Source of the DNA: an uncultured Alphaproteobacteria bacterium
Lineage (GTDB): Bacteria > Pseudomonadota > Alphaproteobacteria > MPNO01 > DASWLB01
Assembly (NCBI GenBank): GCA_963817535.1
Contig: CAWFOW010000008.1
Coordinates: 94,694 to 158,693, forward strand
Direction: 5' to 3'
Length of the DNA: 64,000 bases
In this document: positions 56,860 to 64,000 of the stretch, piece by piece
How the letters are laid out: each line of letters begins with the position of its first letter
How positions within the stretch are numbered: position 1 is the first letter of the stretch
Made by a program: the position numbers and the translations under genes
The notes under the pieces: generated by a model
Seen by the model: only the letters and a program-made list of their open reading frames with translations
Told to the model about the DNA's origin: nothing
Databases searched by the model: none

Positions 56860-58071
56860 ATGAGCTATCTGCGTACGTGGACGCGCCGTGCGTGCCTTGC
56901 CGCCATCGCCGCCGCCGTCGGAATGGGGCTGGCGCTGCCCGCCTCCGCCCAGTCCGACAAGCCGATCCGCATCGGCCAGACGCTGGCGCTGACCGGGTTC
57001 CTCGGCCAGACCGGCCAGGTGCACAAGATCGTCGGCGAGATTTTCATCGAAAATCTGAACAAGGCGGGCGGGCTCCTGGGTCGCAAGGTCGAGTGGGTCC
57101 TCCTCGACGACCAGTCCAAGCCCGACGTCGCGCGCACGCTTTACGAGCGCCTGATCACCGTCGACAAGGTCGACCTGATCATGGGCCCGTACGCCACGGC
57201 CAACATCCTGGCCGCCATCGGCGTGGCGCAGCGCTATCACAAGATGATCATTCACAACACGATGGGCATCCCGTCGCTCGCCACCTACGACTGGCAGTTC
57301 AACGCGCTTCTGTTCGGGCCGAACCCGGACAAGTCGGTGCCGGCGCTGGTCTATGACGCCTATGCGAGCGTCAAGCCGATCAAGTCGGTGACCTTCGTCA
57401 CCTCCAAGTTCCCGTCCGCCAAGTACAACACCGACGGCGCGCGCGAGGTGGCCAAGGAGCGCGGCATCGTGGTCAAGGACTACATGGAATACGACTTCGG
57501 CACGCGCGAGTACGGCTCGATCGCCGCCCGCGTGAAGGCGGCCGATGCCGACTTCCTGTGGATGGGCGCGCTGGGCGTGGAGGGCAACCTGCTGCTCGAG
57601 GCGATGAACAAGCTCGACTACAAGCCGCGCAACCAGCTCTATCTCTATCCCGCCCCGTCGATCGCGCTGATCCCGAGCGCCGAGGGCGCCCTGTCCCAGA
57701 CCAACCTCGAGAACGTGGAGCCGTTCCTGTCGAACCCGAAGATCGCGGCGTTCGCCAAGCAGTTCCACGAGCGCGCCAAGGCCGCGAACCTGCCCTACCA
57801 GGAGATCGATTCGCAGTCCGGCTTCGCCTATCACTCCTGGGAGATTCTGACCGCCGCGATCAAGGCGACCAAGAGTATCGACGACAAGACGCTGGCCACG
57901 TGGCTCAAGACGCACGACATCGACAGCGTCCTGGGCAAGCGCAACTTCCGCGGCAAGAACAACACCAACGATCACGAGGCGACACAGATCCGCCAGATCC
58001 AGGACAAGAAGTTCGTGATCGTCTGGCCGCGCGACAAGGCGACGCCGGGCAAGTCGATCGTCGTGAAATAG
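56860..58071 (+). CDS. branched-chain amino acid (Leu/Ile/Val-type) ABC transporter substrate-binding protein
   Basis: Signal peptide. LivK/LivJ-like type-I PBP fold. GGGAGGAAG RBS; ATG at 56860. Confidence 0.8.
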   Translation: MSYLRTWTRRACLAAIAAAVGMGLALPASAQSDKPIRIGQTLALTGFLGQTGQVHKIVGEIFIENLNKAGGLLGRKVEWVLLDDQSKPDVARTLYERLITVDKVDLIMGPYATANILAAIGVAQRYHKMIIHNTMGIPSLATYDWQFNALLFGPNPDKSVPALVYDAYASVKPIKSVTFVTSKFPSAKYNTDGAREVAKERGIVVKDYMEYDFGTREYGSIAARVKAADADFLWMGALGVEGNLLLEAMNKLDYKPRNQLYLYPAPSIALIPSAEGALSQTNLENVEPFLSNPKIAAFAKQFHERAKAANLPYQEIDSQSGFAYHSWEILTAAIKATKSIDDKTLATWLKTHDIDSVLGKRNFRGKNNTNDHEATQIRQIQDKKFVIVWPRDKATPGKSIVVK

Positions 58072-58100
58072 GCGGGATATCGGGCGTGTTCACCTCCGTG

Positions 58101-58121
58101 CCTCCCCCTCTTAGGGGGAGG
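58101..58121. repeat. Single-unit REP-like hairpin CCTCCCCCTCTTAGGGGGAGG between the binding-protein and LivH-like genes
   Basis: Same C-tract/G-tract palindromic core as the elements at 8258, 40307 and 42020. Confidence 0.5.
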
Positions 58122-58132
58122 ACGGCTTTCCC

Positions 58133-58984
58133 ATGCCGTCGCTGAACCTTCTCAGCCAGGCCCTGGTCACGGGCGTGCTCACGGGCTGCCTCTACGGGCT
58201 GCTTGCGCTCGGCCTGTCGCTGTCGTGGGGGCTTCTCAAGCTTGTCAATATCGGCCATTTCGCGATGGCGCTGCTCGGCGCCTACCTGACCTGGTGGCTC
58301 GGCACGGCGCACGCGATACCCGCCTGGTGGGCGGCGGCGATCATCATTCCCGTGTTCTTCGCCTACGGCGTCGGGCTCCACTGGGTGTTCGTGAAGTTCC
58401 GGGTGAGCGAGATGTCGTCGATGCTCATCACCTTCGCGCTCGCGATCATCGTTGAATCTGTGCTGCAGACCATCTGGTCGGCCGACTTTCGCCGCTACAC
58501 GACGCCGCTGGCCAGCAAGTCGTTCCACGTCGGCGCGCTTTACATCCCCAAGCTCAACCTGATCGCCGCCGCGGTCGCCGCGGCGCTCGCAATCGGAACC
58601 TGGGCGGGGCTGCGCTTCACCTATCTCGGCAAGGCGCTCCGCGCCGCGGCCGAAGATGCGCCGATCGCAACCGCGTTCGGCATCGACAACCGCCGGCTCA
58701 CCTACATCCTGTCCGGGATCTGCGCGGCGTATGCGGCCGTCGCAGGGGTATTCATCGCCCTGATCTTCTCGCTCGCGCCCAACGAGATCTGGATCTGGAT
58801 CGGCGTCGTATTCGCGATCGTGATCATCGGCCGGCTCGGCAACCCGCTCGGCGCGCTGCTGGGCGGCATCCTGATCGGCGTATGCGAGGCGATCACCCAG
58901 TCGGTCGTCAACCCGGCCTGGTCGCCGCTGGTGGCGTTCTCGGTCCTGATCCTCCTTCTGCTCGTGAAGCCGAAATGGATCTGA
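58133..58984 (+). CDS. branched-chain amino acid ABC transporter permease (LivH-like)
   Basis: 283 aa, polytopic. LivH-family N-terminus LLSQALVTGVLTGCLYGLLALGLSL. Confidence 0.8.
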   Translation: MPSLNLLSQALVTGVLTGCLYGLLALGLSLSWGLLKLVNIGHFAMALLGAYLTWWLGTAHAIPAWWAAAIIIPVFFAYGVGLHWVFVKFRVSEMSSMLITFALAIIVESVLQTIWSADFRRYTTPLASKSFHVGALYIPKLNLIAAAVAAALAIGTWAGLRFTYLGKALRAAAEDAPIATAFGIDNRRLTYILSGICAAYAAVAGVFIALIFSLAPNEIWIWIGVVFAIVIIGRLGNPLGALLGGILIGVCEAITQSVVNPAWSPLVAFSVLILLLLVKPKWI

Positions 58985-60756
58985 CCGGCCGCCGCATCGC
59001 AGGCTTCGTCGCGCTGGCGGTCGCCGCCGCGGTCCTGATCGCCGTGCCGGCGCTCGATCTTCCGACGTTCTACGTCGCCTTCCTCTATGTGCTATTCCAC
59101 TGGGTCGCGCTGGCCACGAGCTGGACGATCCTGTCGGGATTCGCGGGCTACTGGAGCTTCGGCCACGCGGCATTCTTCGGGGCGGGCGTCTATACCGCGG
59201 CGACGCTCGCCGCCAAGATGGGCGTGCCGTTCCTGCTGACGCTGCCCGCGGCGGCGCTGGTCTCGGCCGCGCTCGGTGCAGGGGTCGGCTGGTTCGTCTT
59301 CCGGCTGCAAAGGCTTCGGGGCGAGCTGTTCGCGCTGATGACCATATCGGTCACGTTCGTGCTCGCCACGATCGTGTCCAACACCCCGATCGATGGCGGG
59401 CTCGGCGTCTATCTGCTGTCGGTGAAGGTCCCGCAGGTCTTCGGCTCGCCGACCTCGACCTTCTATCTGCTGGGGCTGTTCATGGCGAGCCTGTCGGTGT
59501 GGGCCGCCTGGTACATCACGCGCACACGCCTCGGACTCGGGCTGTTCGCAATCCACGACGACGAGGACGTGGCCGAGGTCAAGGGCGTGCCCACCTTCCG
59601 CTTCAAGATGTTCGCCTTCGCGATCTCGTCGGGCATCGCCGGCGCGGCCGGCGGCGTGTACGCGATCTATGTGAACTACGTCACGGTCGGCGACACGTTC
59701 GACGTCACGGTGATCATGTATCCCGTGGTGATGAGCATCTTCGGCGGCGCGGCCCACTGGCTCGGGCCGGCGCTCGGCGCGACGGTGGTCACGACGGCGC
59801 TCTATACGCTTGCGACGGGCCCGCAGGCGTCGATCGGGCGCGCCGGCATCGCGCTCGGACTGATCCTCGTCGTGCTGCTGATGCCGAACGGGGTCATGCC
59901 GGGCCTGGTGCGGCTTTGGCAGCGGCTGGTGCCGCGGCGGAAGCCGTCCGTCCCCGACGCGGCCGCCGTGCCCGTGGTCGGTCTCGCCATGGCGCGTGCG
60001 GGCAAGGCCGGCGCGGTTGCGCCCGGCGCGATCCTGCTCGAATGCCGCGACGTGTGGAAATCGTTCGGCGGCGTTCAGGCCCTGCGCGGCGTGACGCTCG
60101 ACGTGCGGGCGGGCGAGATCCTGGGACTCGTCGGTCCGAACGGCTCGGGCAAGTCCACCCTGATCAACCTGATCAGCGGCCATTACCCGATCGACCGCGG
60201 CAGCATCGTATTCGACGGAATGCCGATCGAGGGGATGGCCGCCCATACGATCGCACAGCTCGGGATCGCGCGGACCTACCAGATCCCCCGGCCGTTCAAC
60301 CGCCTCACCGTGCTTGACAACGTCGCGCTTGCGGCCTCGTTCGGCGGCGGCGGGCTCGACCGCACGGAGGCGCTGGCCGAGGCGCGCCGCACGCTCGCCT
60401 TCGCCCGGCTGGCCGCGAAGGCGGACGAGATGCCGCCCAACCTCAATTTGCACGAGCGCAAGTTCCTCGAGTTGGCGCGCGCGCTCGCCGCCCGGCCGCG
60501 CTTGCTGCTGCTCGACGAGGTGCTGTCCGGCCTCAACCATACCGAGATCGACGCGGCACTCGAGCTGGTACGCGAGATTCGGGCGGCCGGCACCACCATC
60601 ATCTTTGTCGAGCACCTGATGCGCGCGGTGCACGCGCTGTCCGACCGCGTCGCGGTGTTGAACGAGGGCGCGGTAATCGCGATCGGCACGCCCGAGGCGG
60701 CCATGCGCGATCCCGACGTGGTGAGGGTCTATCTGGGCGAGAGCCATGCTTCTTGA
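58975..60756 (+). CDS. fused LivM-like permease / LivG-like ATPase (single 593-aa reading frame)
   Basis: N-terminal about 320 aa polytopic LivM-like region. C-terminal ATPase with Walker A GPNGSGKST, signature LSGL, Walker B LLLLDEV. No stop separates the two halves in the ORF track. Confidence 0.7.
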   Translation: MDLTGRRIAGFVALAVAAAVLIAVPALDLPTFYVAFLYVLFHWVALATSWTILSGFAGYWSFGHAAFFGAGVYTAATLAAKMGVPFLLTLPAAALVSAALGAGVGWFVFRLQRLRGELFALMTISVTFVLATIVSNTPIDGGLGVYLLSVKVPQVFGSPTSTFYLLGLFMASLSVWAAWYITRTRLGLGLFAIHDDEDVAEVKGVPTFRFKMFAFAISSGIAGAAGGVYAIYVNYVTVGDTFDVTVIMYPVVMSIFGGAAHWLGPALGATVVTTALYTLATGPQASIGRAGIALGLILVVLLMPNGVMPGLVRLWQRLVPRRKPSVPDAAAVPVVGLAMARAGKAGAVAPGAILLECRDVWKSFGGVQALRGVTLDVRAGEILGLVGPNGSGKSTLINLISGHYPIDRGSIVFDGMPIEGMAAHTIAQLGIARTYQIPRPFNRLTVLDNVALAASFGGGGLDRTEALAEARRTLAFARLAAKADEMPPNLNLHERKFLELARALAARPRLLLLDEVLSGLNHTEIDAALELVREIRAAGTTIIFVEHLMRAVHALSDRVAVLNEGAVIAIGTPEAAMRDPDVVRVYLGESHAS

Positions 60757-61453
60757 GGGACGCAACCTGCATATCGGCTATGGCGGCGCGCCGGCGGTGA
60801 TCGACGCGTCGCTCGACGTCGATGCGCGCGAGATTGTCGCGGTCATCGGGCCGAACGGGGCGGGCAAGTCGACCCTGATCAACGCGATCGCCGGCCTGCT
60901 GCGCTGGCGACAGGGCACGCTGCATTTCGACGGCACAGACCTGGGTGCGGTGGCCTCGCACCGCGTGTGCCGGCACGGCATCGCCCTGGTGCCCGAGGGG
61001 CGCAGGCTGTTCGTCACCATGTCGGTCGAGGAGAATCTGGAGATCGGCTGCTACCGCGATGCGGCGCGGCGCGCGCGCGCGACGAGCCTTGAATTCGTCT
61101 ACGATCTCTTTCCGGTGCTGCGCGACAAGCGCCACCAGCATGCCGGCGCGCTATCGGGCGGCCAGCAGCAGATGGTGGCGATCGGTCGGGCGCTGATGGC
61201 GCAGCCGCGCCTGCTGCTGCTCGACGAGCCGTCGCTCGGTCTCGCGCCGGCGATCGTCAGCGACGTGTTCCGCGTGATCCGCCGCGTGCACGAGGAGGGC
61301 ATGTCGATCCTTCTGGTCGAGCAGAACGTCGGCCAAGCGCTCGAGATCACGCATCGCGCCTACGTGCTGGAGGAGGGCCGCTTCGTCGCCGAGGGCCTTC
61401 CCGCCGAGCTGCTGGCCCAGACCCGCATCCGCGAGGCCTATCTTGGGATGTGA
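60746..61453 (+). CDS. branched-chain amino acid ABC transporter ATP-binding protein (LivF-like)
   Basis: 235 aa. GPNGAGKSTL, LSGGQQQM, LLLLDEPS. Confidence 0.8.
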   Translation: MLLEGRNLHIGYGGAPAVIDASLDVDAREIVAVIGPNGAGKSTLINAIAGLLRWRQGTLHFDGTDLGAVASHRVCRHGIALVPEGRRLFVTMSVEENLEIGCYRDAARRARATSLEFVYDLFPVLRDKRHQHAGALSGGQQQMVAIGRALMAQPRLLLLDEPSLGLAPAIVSDVFRVIRRVHEEGMSILLVEQNVGQALEITHRAYVLEEGRFVAEGLPAELLAQTRIREAYLGM

Positions 61454-61483
61454 CGAGCGAACCCCGAGCGAATGGAGGACCCC

Positions 61484-62599
61484 ATGTCCGACAGACCGCC
61501 GTTCCGCGCCGACCATGTGGGCAGCCTGCTGCGCCCGCGACGCCTGGTCGAGGCGCGCGCGCAACGCCAGGAGAACCGGATCGACGCCGCCGCGCTGCGC
61601 GCCGTCGAGGACGACTGCATCCGGGATGTCGTGCGCGAGCAGGAGGAGATCGGCCTCAAGGGCGTGACCGACGGCGAGTTCCGCCGCGCCTGGTGGCATG
61701 TCGACGTGTTCGAGAAGATCGCGGGCGTGGTGGTGCACGAGGGCGACCTGAACGCCACCTTCCGGCGCGAGGACGGCGAGGTGGGTTTCAAGAGCCAGTC
61801 GATCGAGATCGACGGCAGGCTGCGCCGGCCCGCGCCGTTCCAGCTCGACGACTTCAAGTTCCTGAAGTCGGTGGCGCGCCAGACCGCCAAGACATGCCTG
61901 CCGTCGCCGTCATGGCTGTTCATCCGCTCGGGCCGCAAGACCGTGTCCGAAGCCGCCTATCCCGATCTCGAACAGCTCGCGGTCGACCTTTCGCGCGTCT
62001 ATGCCGAGGAGATCGCCGATCTGGCTGCCGCCGGCTGCACCTACCTGCAGATCGACGAGACCAATTTCGCGACGTTGTGCGACCCATCGATCCGCGCCGA
62101 GTTCCAGGCGCGCGGTGGCGATCCGGACGCGCTTCTCGCCCGCGGCACCCAGATCATCAACGATGCCATCGCGAAGCGCCCGGCCGGGATGGGCGTCACG
62201 CTGCATGCCTGCCGCGGCAATTTCCGCTCGGCCTGGGTGGCCGAGGGCGGCTACGACCCGGTCGCCGAGATGATGTTCAATTCGCTCGCCGTCGACGGTT
62301 TCTTCCTCGAATACGACGACGCGCGCTCGGGCGGCTTCGCGCCGCTCCGCTTCGTGCCCAAGGGCAAGAAGGTGGTGCTCGGCCTCGTCACCTCGAAGCG
62401 GCCGGCGCTCGAATCCAAGGATCTGCTCAAGCGGCGGATCGACGAGGCGGCGAAATACGTGCCCCTCGACCAGATCTGCCTGTCGCCGCAATGCGGGTTC
62501 TCGTCCACCGAGCACGGCAACGAGATCACCCACGCCGACCAGGCCGCGAAGCTGCGCCTGATCGTCGAGGTTGCGCGCGAGGTCTGGGGCGAGGTCTGA
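61484..62599 (+). CDS. cobalamin-independent methionine synthase (MetE) C-terminal-domain-only homolog (UROD/MetE-like, COG0620)
   Basis: 371 aa. PFRADHVGSLLRP N-terminus; Zn-site-like motifs HACRGNF and LSPQCGFSS. GGAGG RBS. Confidence 0.7.
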   Translation: MSDRPPFRADHVGSLLRPRRLVEARAQRQENRIDAAALRAVEDDCIRDVVREQEEIGLKGVTDGEFRRAWWHVDVFEKIAGVVVHEGDLNATFRREDGEVGFKSQSIEIDGRLRRPAPFQLDDFKFLKSVARQTAKTCLPSPSWLFIRSGRKTVSEAAYPDLEQLAVDLSRVYAEEIADLAAAGCTYLQIDETNFATLCDPSIRAEFQARGGDPDALLARGTQIINDAIAKRPAGMGVTLHACRGNFRSAWVAEGGYDPVAEMMFNSLAVDGFFLEYDDARSGGFAPLRFVPKGKKVVLGLVTSKRPALESKDLLKRRIDEAAKYVPLDQICLSPQCGFSSTEHGNEITHADQAAKLRLIVEVAREVWGEV

Positions 62600-62625
62600 C
62601 GCGCACGCAGATACGGGAGGACATC

Positions 62626-63735
62626 ATGGCCGAGAGACCGCCGTTCCGCGCCGATCACGTGGGCAGCCTGCTGCGCCCGCCGGAACTGCTGAAGGCGCGC
62701 GCCGATCACGCGGCCGGACGCATCGATGCGGCCGCCCTACGTGCCGCCGAGGACGCCGCGATTCGCGACGCCGTGAAGCTGCAGGAGGAGATCGGGCTGC
62801 AGTCCATCACCGACGGCGAGATGCGCCGCGGCTCATGGCACATGGATTTCCTGTACCAGATCGGCGGGGTGAAGAAGACCGGCGATACCGCTCAGGTCCA
62901 TTTCCACAACGAGGGCGGCGACGTGACCTTCACCCCCACGGGGCTGCTGGTCGACGAGAAGCTGCGGCTCGACCATTGCATTTTCGCCGACGATTTCACG
63001 TTCCTGAAATCTGTCACGAACCGCACGCCGAAACTCACCATCCCGTCGCCCAGCATGATGCACTACCGCGGCGGCCGCGCGAACATCGACGACAAGGTCT
63101 ATGCCGACCTCGACGCGTTCTGGTCCGACCTTGCGGGGGTGTACCGCCAGGAGATCGCGGCGCTCGGCAATCTAGGCTGCACCTACCTGCAGATCGACGA
63201 CACGACGCTTTCCTACCTCAACGATCCGAAGCAGCGAGCCTATATCGATTCGCTCGGCGCCAACTCGCGCGTCCAGCACCTCACTTACATCAAGACACTC
63301 AACGCGGCGATGAGGGACCGGCCGAAAGGAATGACGATCTGCACCCATACCTGCCGCGGCAATTTCCGCTCGTCCTGGGCAGCCGAGGGCGGATACGACC
63401 GGATCGCCGAGGCGGTGTTCGGTGGGCTCGAGGTCGACGGGTTCTTCCTCGAGTACGACGACGCGCGATCCGGCACGTTCGAGCCGCTGCGCTTCGTGCC
63501 GAAGGGGAAGAAGGTGGTCCTGGGTCTCGTCACCACCAAGAAGGGCGCGCTCGAAACCAAGGATGCGCTGAAGCGCCGCATCGACGAGGCGGCCAAGGTC
63601 CTGCCGCTCGACCAGCTCTGTCTTTCACCACAGTGCGGCTTTTCGTCGACGGTGGATGGCAACGCGGTGACCGTCGCGGAGGAGGCGGCGAAGCTGCGCC
63701 TTGTTGTCGAGGTCGCCCGCGAGGTCTGGGGCTAG
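62626..63735 (+). CDS. MetE C-terminal-domain-only homolog, tandem paralog
   Basis: 369 aa. Estimated 55-60% identical to the 61484 product by eye. HTCRGNF and LSPQCGFSS motifs conserved. GGGAGG RBS. Confidence 0.7.
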   Translation: MAERPPFRADHVGSLLRPPELLKARADHAAGRIDAAALRAAEDAAIRDAVKLQEEIGLQSITDGEMRRGSWHMDFLYQIGGVKKTGDTAQVHFHNEGGDVTFTPTGLLVDEKLRLDHCIFADDFTFLKSVTNRTPKLTIPSPSMMHYRGGRANIDDKVYADLDAFWSDLAGVYRQEIAALGNLGCTYLQIDDTTLSYLNDPKQRAYIDSLGANSRVQHLTYIKTLNAAMRDRPKGMTICTHTCRGNFRSSWAAEGGYDRIAEAVFGGLEVDGFFLEYDDARSGTFEPLRFVPKGKKVVLGLVTTKKGALETKDALKRRIDEAAKVLPLDQLCLSPQCGFSSTVDGNAVTVAEEAAKLRLVVEVAREVWG

Positions 63736-63739
63736 ATAC

Positions 63740-64000
63740 CTAGGCTTCGATCTCGTCGAGCCGGGCGCCGACCTCGACCTCGATGATGCAGAGCGGTCCG
63801 CCACCCGCGTTCTTCAGCGCGTGCGGCGCGCGCGGCGGGATAAACACCGAATCGTTGGCCGCTACGGTGAAGATGGCCTCGTCTCGCATTACCCGGCCGG
63901 TGCCGGAGATGACGACCCACTGCTTGGTCTTGTATTCATGCGCGTCTAGGTCGAGGCTGGCGCCAGGATTTACAACCAGACAGTGTATTCGATAATGTCC
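63740..64000 (-). CDS. cupin-domain protein, C-terminal fragment (start outside the window)
   Basis: Minus-strand translation ...GHYRIHCLVVNPGASLDLDAHEYKTKQWVVISGTGRVMRDEAIFTVAANDSVFIPPRAPHALKNAGGGPLCIIEVEVGARLDEIEA*. Confidence 0.45.
   Translation of the reverse strand, partial: GHYRIHCLVVNPGASLDLDAHEYKTKQWVVISGTGRVMRDEAIFTVAANDSVFIPPRAPHALKNAGGGPLCIIEVEVGARLDEIEA

Noticed and set aside
61450-63735. 761-aa ORF apparently fusing both MetE-like genes
   Set aside because: Its first half is an alternate frame of the first MetE-like gene. The real products are two separate genes with their own GGAGG RBS at 61484 and 62626, and a TGA at 62597-62599 ends the first.
1-64000. Search for tRNA, rRNA, integrase, transposase or phage genes
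   Set aside because: No cloverleaf-compatible conserved tRNA elements or rRNA-like conserved stretches were found in intergenic regions. No ORF had DDE, tyrosine-recombinase or serine-recombinase motifs. Compositional islets are small (under 600 bp).

Overview
High-GC (about 67%) alphaproteobacterial chromosomal segment made up mostly of core metabolism, with several accessory-looking modules embedded. No rRNA, tRNA, CRISPR array, transposase or integrase was detected.

Genes recognised, from start to end:
- Fragment of a luciferase-like (LLM) oxidoreductase; alpha/beta hydrolase; OmpR/EnvZ-like two-component pair.
- Two tandem VanA-type Rieske oxygenase paralogs separated by a long imperfect palindrome.
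- serC-serA, prmA, a TPP-dependent enzyme, a LysM protein, a dihaem cytochrome c with a class II cytochrome c', a LOG-family protein, NADP isocitrate dehydrogenase, a second TPP-dependent enzyme, and an MBL-fold hydrolase.
- A rearranged sulfate-assimilation cluster: DUF2849, then a divergent 455-aa pentapeptide-repeat protein, then cysI-DUF934-unknown ORF-cysG-cysH-cysD, with no cysN.
- VOC and TenA/PqqC-like proteins; cupins.
- A lower-GC islet carrying an orphan receiver domain and a cysteine-dioxygenase-like cupin.
- A PhtD-like protein, rpoH, a MarR regulator, rplM-rpsI, argC and a gamma-carbonic anhydrase.
- A seven-gene minus-strand operon: periplasmic sugar-binding protein, double ATPase, two permeases, a RutA-like LLM monooxygenase, a PuuE-like deacetylase-fold hydrolase and an SDR. 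This is a candidate undescribed heterocycle/nucleoside catabolic system.
- GT8 glycosyltransferase, DHA2 MFS transporter, and a coaBC-dut-moeB-DsrE-like string.
- M16 peptidase, thrC, an SDR, a PRC-barrel Gly/Ser-rich protein, and a NitT/TauT-type binding protein with two permeases but no ATPase.
- A LivK-LivH-(LivM fused to LivG)-LivF transporter followed by two tandem MetE C-domain-only paralogs with intact Zn-site motifs; a partial cupin at the window end.

Non-coding structure:
- A family of C-tract/G-tract palindromic REP/RIME-like elements occurs at four intergenic sites, two of them inside the ABC operon.
- A nested 29-bp-arm palindrome sits in the thrC/SDR divergent region.
- Several hairpin terminators are annotated.

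Many long ORFs in the six-frame track are antisense or alternate-frame artefacts of real genes, as expected at this GC content.
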